From IMG/VR virus record IMGVR_UViG_3300001750_000002, positions 1 through 43,502 of that record: DNA of 43,502 bases; one strand, written 5' to 3'. Shown here one piece after another: positions 8,268-15,799 of this stretch. A program made the translations under genes and the position numbers. Each line of letters opens with the position of its first letter. Positions within the stretch are counted from its first letter, which is position 1. Source of the DNA: a virus. The notes beneath the pieces are model-generated. The model ran no database searches and had not been told where the DNA came from. It was given only the letters and a program-made list of their open reading frames with translations.

Positions 8268-10516
8268 TGGCTATGATCCTGAAACAGTCGACGGCGGTGG
8301 ACGTGCTCATTGGTCCCTTTGTCGACATCACGAACGGCGCAACCGCGGAGACCGGTGAGACCCCGACCGTCAAACTGTCCAAGAACGGACAGACCCTTGC
8401 CGCCAAGAACGACGTGACGACGCCCGTTTCTGATGCCGACGGCTATTACAACTGCGAACTCGACGCGACCGATACGAATACGGTTGGCCTGCTGACTTTG
8501 ACGGTCGCCGCTAGCGCAACCGCACTGCCTGTCCGTCATGAGTTCCAGGTTCTCGAAGAGGCTATCTACGATGCACTCTACGGCGCGAGTGCGGCGGCTT
8601 TCGACGGTAATGCGGATGTCACAGTTGGGTCTATCGCGGCCAGCGCGATTACGGCGACCGCAATAGCTACCGACGCGATCACTGCGGCCAAAATAGCTGC
8701 AAATGCCATCGGGGCGAGTGAGCTCGCGACGGATGCAGTAGAGGAAATTGCCGATCAGGTATGGGATGAGGTTTTGACCGGCGCCACGCACAACGTCGTG
8801 AATTCTGCCGGCCGAAGGTTGCGGCAACTTGAAACGGGTATCGTGTTGCACTCAGGTACTCTAGATGCAGCGACATCGAATACAGCGGACCTGGAAACGG
8901 GTGCTGCCTCGACGGTTGATAAGTTCTATGACCATAATCTTCTCGTAACCACCGGCGGCACGGGTGCTGGACAAGCGCGCGTGATAGTTGAGTATGACGG
9001 TACGACAAACCAGCGCGCGACAGTCGCGCCGCCTTGGGCCGTTACACCTGACAACACCACGACTTACGATGTCGTCATCGGATACTGTCATGCGGAGACG
9101 AATTCGAAAACCGTAACGGTCGGACTGGTGGCTGCTGCTACCACGAGCACTGTAACGCTTGCTTCCAATGCATCGGCAGTTGATGATTTCTATAATAACG
9201 ATGTGCTGATAATCGATGCCGGAACGGGTGAGGGTCAAGCACGTATCGTAACGGACTATAACGGAACGACCAAGGTCGCGACGATCGCGCCGAACTGGAT
9301 TACTACGCCCGATACTACTTCCGAATACATCATCGAAGAGGCATTATGTGTCGCCGACGTTTTGAGTATCCAGGCTTCCGCGCTGGCATCGATAAACACC
9401 GAAGTGGACACTGCACTAACCGATATCGGTCTTGATCACTTGGTATCGGCGGCCGTCGTCGGTGCTGACGTCATCGATAATTCGATCATGGCGCGGTTAG
9501 TCTCGTCTTCGGCAACGGCCGATTGGGACAGCTTCGACAATACCAGCGACGCTCTTCAGGCGCTTCGGGACCGCGGCGACGCGGCCTGGACAACCGGTGC
9601 CGGCGGCAGCCCGCCGCATCTCCTTCAGAGCACCACGATCGCCACGCTCGCATCGCAGTCCAGTTTCACTTTGACGGCTGGATCTGCTGACGACAACGCC
9701 TATAACGGGGCGATTGCGGTCATCACCGATCAGGTTACTGCAGTTCAAAAAGCGGTCGGCACAGTCAGCGATTATGTCGGCAGCACTAGAACGATCACGC
9801 TCAGTGCGGATCCGGGCATCTACACGATGGCAGTTGGCGACACGATCGAGATAATGGCGGCGCTCGGGTCGGCCGGCAGCGCGCCAACCGCGGACCAGGT
9901 TGCCGATGCTGTCTGGGAGGAAGCCCAGGTCGACCACACCACCGCGGGCACGTTCGGCGAGATCGCCACGGAGATCGCCGCCGTCAAGATCGTGACCGAC
10001 GCGCTGCCCGATGGTGGTGCCTTGACCACGATCGGTGGCAATGTGGACGCCATCCTTGTCGACACGGGAACGACCATACCGGCGTCCCTGGCCACGATCG
10101 ACGGAAACGTGGACGCCATTCTTGTGGATACAGGCGTGAGCATCCCGGCGGGCATCGCAGCGCTTAACGATCTCTCGGCCGCTCAGGTGAATGCGGAGAT
10201 CGATACCGCGCTGGTGGATTACGATGCGGCGACCGGCGCCGAGGTTGCGGCGCTGAACGATCTTTCCGCAGCACAAGTGAACGCGGAAATGGTCGATGCT
10301 TTGAACGTCGATACCTATGCCGAGCCGACGGGCGTGCCGTCGACTACAGCATCGCTCGTGGACAAACTCGGGCACGTGCAGATGGCGTTGGTAAATCAGG
10401 TGACCGTCACCGCGACCAAGAAACAGTTCTTCGATGCGGGCGGCACAGCTGAGTTCGAGAAGGATCTGAGCGACGACGGTACGACTTATACCGAAACAGC
10501 GGTCAACGCGCCATGA
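8267..10516 (+). CDS. long tail-fibre-like protein with several internal repeat families
   Basis: 749 aa. Heptad-like run AITATAIATDAITAAKIAANAIGASELATDAV. About 55-aa repeats VDKFYDHNLLVTTGGTGAGQARVIVEYDGTTNQRATVAPPWAVTPDNTTTYDVV and VDDFYNNDVLIIDAGTGEGQARIVTDYNGTTKVATIAPNWITTPDTTSEYIIE. Tandem units IGGNVDAILVDTG/IDGNVDAILVDTG and ALNDLSAAQVNAE x2. Confidence 0.7.
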   Translation: MAMILKQSTAVDVLIGPFVDITNGATAETGETPTVKLSKNGQTLAAKNDVTTPVSDADGYYNCELDATDTNTVGLLTLTVAASATALPVRHEFQVLEEAIYDALYGASAAAFDGNADVTVGSIAASAITATAIATDAITAAKIAANAIGASELATDAVEEIADQVWDEVLTGATHNVVNSAGRRLRQLETGIVLHSGTLDAATSNTADLETGAASTVDKFYDHNLLVTTGGTGAGQARVIVEYDGTTNQRATVAPPWAVTPDNTTTYDVVIGYCHAETNSKTVTVGLVAAATTSTVTLASNASAVDDFYNNDVLIIDAGTGEGQARIVTDYNGTTKVATIAPNWITTPDTTSEYIIEEALCVADVLSIQASALASINTEVDTALTDIGLDHLVSAAVVGADVIDNSIMARLVSSSATADWDSFDNTSDALQALRDRGDAAWTTGAGGSPPHLLQSTTIATLASQSSFTLTAGSADDNAYNGAIAVITDQVTAVQKAVGTVSDYVGSTRTITLSADPGIYTMAVGDTIEIMAALGSAGSAPTADQVADAVWEEAQVDHTTAGTFGEIATEIAAVKIVTDALPDGGALTTIGGNVDAILVDTGTTIPASLATIDGNVDAILVDTGVSIPAGIAALNDLSAAQVNAEIDTALVDYDAATGAEVAALNDLSAAQVNAEMVDALNVDTYAEPTGVPSTTASLVDKLGHVQMALVNQVTVTATKKQFFDAGGTAEFEKDLSDDGTTYTETAVNAP

Positions 10517-10785
10517 CGGATACCGCTCTCAAGAGGCGCTCGGCCGCAGGGGTGCCTGCAGTACCGTTGGGGCCGGGCGTTACGCCGGACGCACTCGCAC
10601 CGCAAACATGGCGACAGGCGGCCGCTTGGGGTTATAGCGGTATCTTGAGCGATGCACCGATTATCCCACCGGTTATCACCGCCGCGTACCCGTCGAGCGG
10701 CTCAGGAAGCGGCAGATTGCGCGGTCGTCGCGGTAGCGGGCGCACGAGTGGTCGACGCGGGGGCGGTTCTGCTGGTTACAGCTGA
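10513..10785 (+). CDS. hypothetical protein with Gly/Arg/Ser-rich tail
   Basis: ATGA overlap with the fibre gene stop. 90 aa ending ...SGSGSGRLRGRRGSGRTSGRRGGGSAGYS. Third-position GC is about 62% by hand count. An alternative ORF (10652-10873) overlaps it. Confidence 0.4.
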   Translation: MTDTALKRRSAAGVPAVPLGPGVTPDALAPQTWRQAAAWGYSGILSDAPIIPPVITAAYPSSGSGSGRLRGRRGSGRTSGRRGGGSAGYS

Positions 10786-10955
10786 GGGTCTGGTCAAACT
10801 CCCGACATATGTGGTAGGTGTACCAACAGTAATGCGTAGTAAAAGGGCGACGCTGCGATGTTCCTTGTGCTGAACTCTGCGTTTTCTCCCTGGGCGCCAC
10901 TCAGCGGTACATCATAGCGTCGCCTGCTCTCGCTAATGCTTTATGAGATATATCA

Positions 10956-11294
10956 ATGACCGATACAGGCCGTCTGACACTAAATCTGGGCAATCCTATG
11001 ATCAGGCATCTGGCCTCGGCTATCGGCCTTGTGTCCGTCATTCTTGGCGCTCTCTGGTTCATCGGAGAACCACGCGCGCAACGGTATATCAAGGAGCAGA
11101 TCGTCGCTGAAAACGCCGAGCTGAAAAAGAGCATCGAAGCCGCGAACAAAAATGTCGAGCGGACGCGAAAAGACCTTCGGACGCTTCGACGTAAAAGCGA
11201 CCAGGCTCAGTCCGATTTGACGACAATCAAGGAACTAGGCAAGGAACAGCGGCAGCTCCTGTATCGGCTCCTGCAGCAAAGGACGGCTAACTGA
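10956..11294 (+). CDS. type-II membrane protein with coiled coil (spanin-like / lysis-cassette component)
   Basis: One TM helix (IRHLASAIGLVSVILGALWFIG) followed by a long coiled coil (IVAENAELKKSIEAANKNVERTRKDLRTLRRKSDQAQSDLTTIKEL...). The stop overlaps the next start (TGATG). Confidence 0.5.
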   Translation: MTDTGRLTLNLGNPMIRHLASAIGLVSVILGALWFIGEPRAQRYIKEQIVAENAELKKSIEAANKNVERTRKDLRTLRRKSDQAQSDLTTIKELGKEQRQLLYRLLQQRTAN

Positions 11295-11569
11295 TGTCTA
11301 TGTGGTTTGGAATTGCACTGGCGACGTTGCTGATCGCCTTCGGCGTTGGCTTCTACATGGTCAAGTCAGGTCGGTTGACCTATTACATGTTGGCGCTCGA
11401 CAGCCTCTTGATCAACATGCAATCGCTTTTCGAAAACCTGTCGGCCTACGACTTCACGGCGATCATGTCGCCCGTGCAGCAGGGCTGGTTGATCCTCACG
11501 TGCACCGTGTTGGCGATCATCGCCCGGGCCCGGCGCGCGATCCGTGAACGGACGGGTATGCCCCAATGA
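11294..11569 (+). CDS. holin-like small membrane protein
   Basis: 91 aa. Hydrophobic segments FGIALATLLIAFGVGFYMV and GWLILTCTVLAIIA, followed by a basic tail RARRAIRERTG. Translationally coupled on both sides. Confidence 0.5.
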   Translation: MSMWFGIALATLLIAFGVGFYMVKSGRLTYYMLALDSLLINMQSLFENLSAYDFTAIMSPVQQGWLILTCTVLAIIARARRAIRERTGMPQ

Positions 11570-11976
11570 TCGGCGCGATCCTCGCATTCGCGCCGATGCT
11601 CCTCAAGTTCGTCGGGGAAGGCGTGCTGCAGCGCCATTACGATGCCAAGATCGAGATGGCGAAATCGGCCAATGCCAGCGAGAAGGCCAAACTGGACGCC
11701 GAGGTGAGGCGTCTGGGGCATGAGGTCGAGCGACGCAAGCTGCAGCGCGATCTCCAGCTGAAGGAAATGGAGCAGCCGTGGCTCTATTTCCCCAAAGCTC
11801 TTCTGATGTACGCGGTCGGCATCTACGCCTCAGCGATCATTTTCTCGAGCTTGTTCAGTCTCAAGACGCGGTTCGGTCTCACGATCGAGGATCTGCCGCC
11901 GCGCATGTGGAACGTCGTCATGCTGGTGATCGCGTATTGGTTCCTCGATAAAGCGGCGCGACACTTCCGGAAATAA
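11566..11976 (+). CDS. membrane protein (holin/antiholin- or spanin-like)
   Basis: 136 aa. N-terminal hydrophobic stretch MIGAILAFAPMLL, a central charged coiled coil, and two TM segments (LLMYAVGIYASAIIFSSLF, MWNVVMLVIAYWFL). Last gene of the rightward arm. Confidence 0.5.
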   Translation: MIGAILAFAPMLLKFVGEGVLQRHYDAKIEMAKSANASEKAKLDAEVRRLGHEVERRKLQRDLQLKEMEQPWLYFPKALLMYAVGIYASAIIFSSLFSLKTRFGLTIEDLPPRMWNVVMLVIAYWFLDKAARHFRK

Positions 11977-11987
11977 TGACCTCCGGT

Positions 11988-12455
11988 TTACTTGTCAGCG
12001 TTCATCGCGTTCTCGTAAGCGATTGCGAAATAGGCGCTGCCGTCGACGTAATTGTCGCGGTGCACTACCGGCCCTGTCATGATCCGGCTGAGCTTAGTCA
12101 TGACCATGTCGAGCGCTTCGAGCTCGGCCGGCGATACGTCGCGCGTCGTCAGTTCGCGCATGAGCGCCTTCAGGCGCCCCGCGGCATTCTGGTTGACGCT
12201 CGGCGGCCCGTAGGTCGTATCGCGGTCGCCGTTGGTCAATGCAGCGGCATCCTGCAGCACGCGGACGCGATCGGGTGTGGTCATTCGGTCTGCAGCTGGG
12301 AATAAATCGGGCTGTTCTATCTTGTTGGACCTAACGCGGCGGCAAGCCAATTCGTCAGCTGCAGCTATGCGGTAGGCTAAGCTCCGATCATAGTCTTCGG
12401 CTATCTGTTCCAGCGTCGGACGGTCGAAGCATCGCATCTCATCGGCTACGGTCAT
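11988..12455 (-). CDS. conserved phage protein, DUF6378-like (related to the N-domain of dATP/dGTP diphosphohydrolases)
   Basis: ATG 12455 is preceded by AAGGAA. The stretch ...LTNGDRDTTYGPPSVNQNAAGRLKALM...DVSPAELEALDMVMTKLSRIMTGPVVHRDNYVDGSAYFAIAYE resembles the GDRxxxYG...K(L/I)xR...H.D...D...Y pattern as I recall it. Last gene of the leftward arm. Confidence 0.6.
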   Translation of the reverse strand: MTVADEMRCFDRPTLEQIAEDYDRSLAYRIAAADELACRRVRSNKIEQPDLFPAADRMTTPDRVRVLQDAAALTNGDRDTTYGPPSVNQNAAGRLKALMRELTTRDVSPAELEALDMVMTKLSRIMTGPVVHRDNYVDGSAYFAIAYENAMNADK

Positions 12456-12476
12456 AGTACTGTTCCTTGAAGTTGC

Positions 12477-13856
12477 TCATATATTTTCGAGGTAGGCCAC
12501 GAACGCGTCCTGCATCGACATCTTGTCGTGGACGCGCGAAAACTTGATCTCGTCGACCGTGTTGCGTGCCATGATGTGGTGCACGAACACGCCGTCGGCG
12601 TTCTGCTGGCCCTGTCGGGCGAGCCTACGGATAAGTTGGTCGTAATACTCGGCCGACCACGGCAGCGCGAATAGCGCCAGGTGATGACCGCCGGCCTGCA
12701 TGTTGAGCCCGTGACCGGCGGACGCGGGGTGTACGGCCATGATCGGATAATCGCCTGCGTTCCAGCGTTCGACATGCCGATCGGCTCTACCGTCCGGTAT
12801 TCCGGCGCCTAGATAGGGCAGATCAGGCCAACAGGTGCGCAGGACAGCCAGATCGGCTTTGAATTGGTAGCCGACCAGCAAGCGCTCGCCGCCGCCCAAG
12901 CCCTCTATCAGCTCGTGCAGCGCGTCGATCTTCTCACGGTGAAGTGTCTCGACGACTTCGCCATCCTCATAGATGAACCCTTGCGCGATTTGCTCGAGCT
13001 TGCTGGAGGCGACGGCTTGGTTGGCAGCCAGTACAATGTCGTTCTCACTCAACGGGGCAAATAGATGGCGTTCCATCTTGTCGTAAGCCGCACGCGCGGC
13101 TGCCGGCAGATCGACCCATATTTTGAGCGTTTCGGCATGCACGCTCGGCACTTCGGACGGGTCGACCGTGAACGATATTTTGGCGGCATCAGCGTTGAGA
13201 ATGTCCGCGCGCTCCGAGTGGATCGACCAATTGTAGCCGGCCCAATCGGTTTGCCAGAAATTCCGTGCGCGCCAAGCATAGAAGCTCTTGCCCCACAGTT
13301 CACCGTCGGTGAGCAGTTTCAAGGGCGTGAACTGGTCGAGCAAGCCGTTTGGCGCCGGCGTTCCCGTTAAACCCCATCGGTTCTTGAACCGCCCAATGAG
13401 TTTGAAGAGCGCCTTGGCGCGCTTGCCCGTGGGGTTTTTGAACCGGGATAACTCGTCAATTACGAGTAAGTCGAATATCGTATCGGCGCGCTCGAATTTC
13501 TCTAGCGCGCCACAGAGCCACACGACATTGTCGATCCCGCATACGACGATACCGTGACGTGTCGCGGCTAGATCGTACTCGCGCTTTGTCGGCGCGCCGG
13601 ACAGTACGGTAACAGGCAAACCAGTCAAATGTGCCCACTCGTCGACCTCTTTCGGCCACACGAGATTGCACACCCGTTTCGGGGCGATCACGAGCGCCTG
13701 CCGGATCTCGCCGGCATCGATCAGCTCCTTGATGGCGGTCATAGCGCATACGGTTTTGCCGCTCCCCATGCACATTACGGCCTGTACAACCGAGCTCTCA
13801 TACAAGCGATCGACGGCGCGGTTTTGGTACTCGTGCAGATCGGCGTATCCGCGCAT
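12477..13856 (-). CDS. SNF2-family (SF2) DNA helicase
   Basis: Walker A MCMGSGKT, DExx box LLVIDELS, WGLTGTPAPNG, and a C-terminal lobe with HPASAGHGLNMQ and RRLARQGQ. Confidence 0.85.
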   Translation of the reverse strand: MRGYADLHEYQNRAVDRLYESSVVQAVMCMGSGKTVCAMTAIKELIDAGEIRQALVIAPKRVCNLVWPKEVDEWAHLTGLPVTVLSGAPTKREYDLAATRHGIVVCGIDNVVWLCGALEKFERADTIFDLLVIDELSRFKNPTGKRAKALFKLIGRFKNRWGLTGTPAPNGLLDQFTPLKLLTDGELWGKSFYAWRARNFWQTDWAGYNWSIHSERADILNADAAKISFTVDPSEVPSVHAETLKIWVDLPAAARAAYDKMERHLFAPLSENDIVLAANQAVASSKLEQIAQGFIYEDGEVVETLHREKIDALHELIEGLGGGERLLVGYQFKADLAVLRTCWPDLPYLGAGIPDGRADRHVERWNAGDYPIMAVHPASAGHGLNMQAGGHHLALFALPWSAEYYDQLIRRLARQGQQNADGVFVHHIMARNTVDEIKFSRVHDKMSMQDAFVAYLENI

Positions 13857-14356
13857 TATACGTGCCTCCAGTTCGCGCGATAGATCACGCCGGTGATTGC
13901 ACCGCGGCTCACACCATACTGTTTAGCAAGTCGGGTTTGAGACATAGAGCGCGCGGCCCACAGACGGCGGATAGCGAGCACATCGACCTCAGTCAGCCGC
14001 GCACTCGCGTTCAACTCGCCGCATTGAGGACGTGTGCGCTTCTTATGCGCCATGTCGGCCATGTTTTCAGCATTCGTCGCTGCGAATAAATGAGCCGGCC
14101 GCACACAAGCTCGATTATCGCATCGATGACAGACAAGTTGGCCGTCAGGGATAGGCTCAATTTCAAGTTCATACGCGACACGGTGTGCTCGCACATTACG
14201 TCCGTTAAGCCAAAACTGGCCGTAGCCGGATCCGTCTAATCCGGTCTTCCATCCCCAACAGCCATGTTCAGCCTTGTTGACCTTCGACCAAAACCGTTCT
14301 GCGACCGTTAGCTTAGATGCATCTGTCATATCGGTGGCCTTAGCTGGTGAGCGCAT
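13856..14356 (-). CDS. HNH homing endonuclease (HNH_3-type) with C-terminal HTH
   Basis: Reads GCWGWKTGLDGSGYGQFWLNGRNVRAHRVAYELEIEPIPDGQLVCHRCDNRACVRPAHLFAATNAENM. The C-terminal SQTRLAKQYGVSRGAITGV is HTH-like. Its stop overlaps the SNF2 start (TAATG). Confidence 0.8.
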   Translation of the reverse strand: MRSPAKATDMTDASKLTVAERFWSKVNKAEHGCWGWKTGLDGSGYGQFWLNGRNVRAHRVAYELEIEPIPDGQLVCHRCDNRACVRPAHLFAATNAENMADMAHKKRTRPQCGELNASARLTEVDVLAIRRLWAARSMSQTRLAKQYGVSRGAITGVIYRANWRHV

Positions 14357-14459
14357 GGCGCATGAATTGCGCCGTGAGCTCGTCTTCGAAGACGCCGATC
14401 AGGGCGGCAGCGATAAAGCACGCCGCGGCAACAGACCACCAAATCGTATGAAATATCAT
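14340..14459 (-). CDS. possible 39-aa membrane peptide
   Basis: Hand-read sequence MIFHTIWWSVAAACFIAAALIGVFEDELTAQFMRHALTS. Overlaps the HNH start by 17 nt. Weak support. Confidence 0.25.
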   Translation of the reverse strand: MIFHTIWWSVAAACFIAAALIGVFEDELTAQFMRHALTS

Positions 14460-14543
14460 CGGTTTCTCTTGCCTCTTGAGTTTTGTCCCCGACTTCCGCG
14501 CGGTCGCCGGCACGCCCTGTCGGACGTCGTGTTCTAAATGTTT

Positions 14544-14750
14544 CTAGAGGTTCAGCTCATTGTCTTCGATGACAGCAATAAATGCGTCGACCTCTTCTTC
14601 GATTACCTGGAAATGGAAACGACCATCATCCGTGAGACCGCGGCCCACGCTCGAGCCTTCTGCGGCGACCATTGCGCGCAACTTGCCTTTTGCCTCCTCC
14701 CAGAGCGTCGCTTTAGCGAGACCGATCACATCGTTACACTCTCTAGTCAT
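14544..14750 (-). CDS. hypothetical protein
   Basis: 68-aa ORF co-oriented in the leftward operon. No motifs recognised. Confidence 0.5.
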   Translation of the reverse strand: MTRECNDVIGLAKATLWEEAKGKLRAMVAAEGSSVGRGLTDDGRFHFQVIEEEVDAFIAVIEDNELNL

Positions 14751-14777
14751 AACATTCTCCGTATGCGTTTGAGTACT

Positions 14778-15230
14778 CTAAGCGTCGTTCGCTGCCGTGC
14801 CGGCTGCGAAGCGCGCGATCGCCAGCGGATCGATGATCGGCTCCGGTTCTTTGTCAACCGTCGCCTGCAGACGATCCTGCAGCATGCTGAACACGGTGAA
14901 ACGCTCGGCGTAAGTCATGGCTGTCGATCGGCACAGGAGAGCATAGACGTTGACCATGTCCTCGCGAGCGCGGTTGTTCAGCGGGATCAGGCTTTCCATG
15001 ACGCGCTCGACCGTGTCACGGTCGTTGTGGATCAAGAGCGCGGAGATCAATCCGTCTTCGTTTGCCCGGTAGCAAACGGTCATAGCGCGTTGATCGTGAT
15101 AGCCGCCCGAATAGGCGAACGCAGACGAACCAAAGTTGTCCGCGTCAACCGCCAGGTCGCGGTTGACGCTGTCGCAACACGTGCCGTTGTCGTGAAGCCG
15201 TTTTAGAATGTCGCTGACGATATGGGGCAT
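14778..15230 (-). CDS. hypothetical protein
   Basis: ATG 15230 (MPHIVSDILKRL...) is preceded by ACAGGAGA. In frame with track ORF 14778-15278. 150 aa. Confidence 0.55.
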   Translation of the reverse strand: MPHIVSDILKRLHDNGTCCDSVNRDLAVDADNFGSSAFAYSGGYHDQRAMTVCYRANEDGLISALLIHNDRDTVERVMESLIPLNNRAREDMVNVYALLCRSTAMTYAERFTVFSMLQDRLQATVDKEPEPIIDPLAIARFAAGTAANDA

Positions 15231-15281
15231 GTTCGTGTCTCCTGTTGTGTTACCTTTTATATAGGCTTTACGAGGCACTTG

Positions 15282-15422
15282 TCAAGACCCTTTTGGAGCG
15301 AGTATGCATAACCCTATTGCGACACCGGCCCAGGTAGCGGCCACGGCGATCTCACCTTGGAGCAGACATCCAATAGCGGCTAGATAAAGCATCCCAAGCG
15401 CTAACTGGACAGAAGCGCTCAT
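15282..15422 (-). CDS. possible small membrane protein (46 aa)
   Basis: ATG 15422 overlaps the upstream stop (ATGA). MSASVQLALGMLYLAAIGCLLQGEIAVAATWAGVAIGLCILAPKGS has two hydrophobic helices. Confidence 0.35.
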   Translation of the reverse strand: MSASVQLALGMLYLAAIGCLLQGEIAVAATWAGVAIGLCILAPKGS

Positions 15423-15799
15423 TCGGCGGCCTTTCCGAAATCGGGGTGCTTGTTTTTCATGTGTGCCGCCAGCTGTTTGAAGGTCCGGTTGCAGCACGGA
15501 CACACGCCGGCCTTGCTGCGGTTTCTCAGCTTCGTAACCTGTCCGTGCGCAGCGGCCTTCTCCCGCTTCAAGCGGATTATGTCGTCATCCATCTGTGCCA
15601 TAAGCTGTTTCAGTCGGTCGCGCTCCTGCCGAATGGCGTCGGCGCGCTTCTTCTCTTCACCGGTTCTGAAACCGCGGCTATGGCCGTTCGGACAAGTCCA
15701 ATAGCCGCCCTCTTCGACTGCGTTGTCGTACATCGCTTTAGGGATGGCGTGCTCGACGCCGCACGTACCGCACTGAATACGGGTAAGGGCAATGGACAT
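15419..15799 (-). CDS. zinc-finger protein with central coiled coil
   Basis: N-terminal CGTCG...CPNGH and C-terminal CPCCNRTFKQLAAHMKNKH (C2H2-like). The start overlaps the stop of the polymerase N-fragment (TGATG; an alternative GTG lies at 15802). Confidence 0.6.
   Translation of the reverse strand: MSIALTRIQCGTCGVEHAIPKAMYDNAVEEGGYWTCPNGHSRGFRTGEEKKRADAIRQERDRLKQLMAQMDDDIIRLKREKAAAHGQVTKLRNRSKAGVCPCCNRTFKQLAAHMKNKHPDFGKAAE

Noticed and set aside
10652-10873. Alternative ORF overlapping 10513-10785
   Set aside because: It has no coupling to the upstream gene and no RBS. The 10513 frame has the ATGA overlap typical of this operon. Neither is strongly supported.
11960-11995. Hairpin CCGGA-10 nt-TCCGG between the convergent arm ends as a bidirectional terminator
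   Set aside because: It has only a 5-bp stem with a 10-nt loop and no flanking U/A runs, which is too weak to call.
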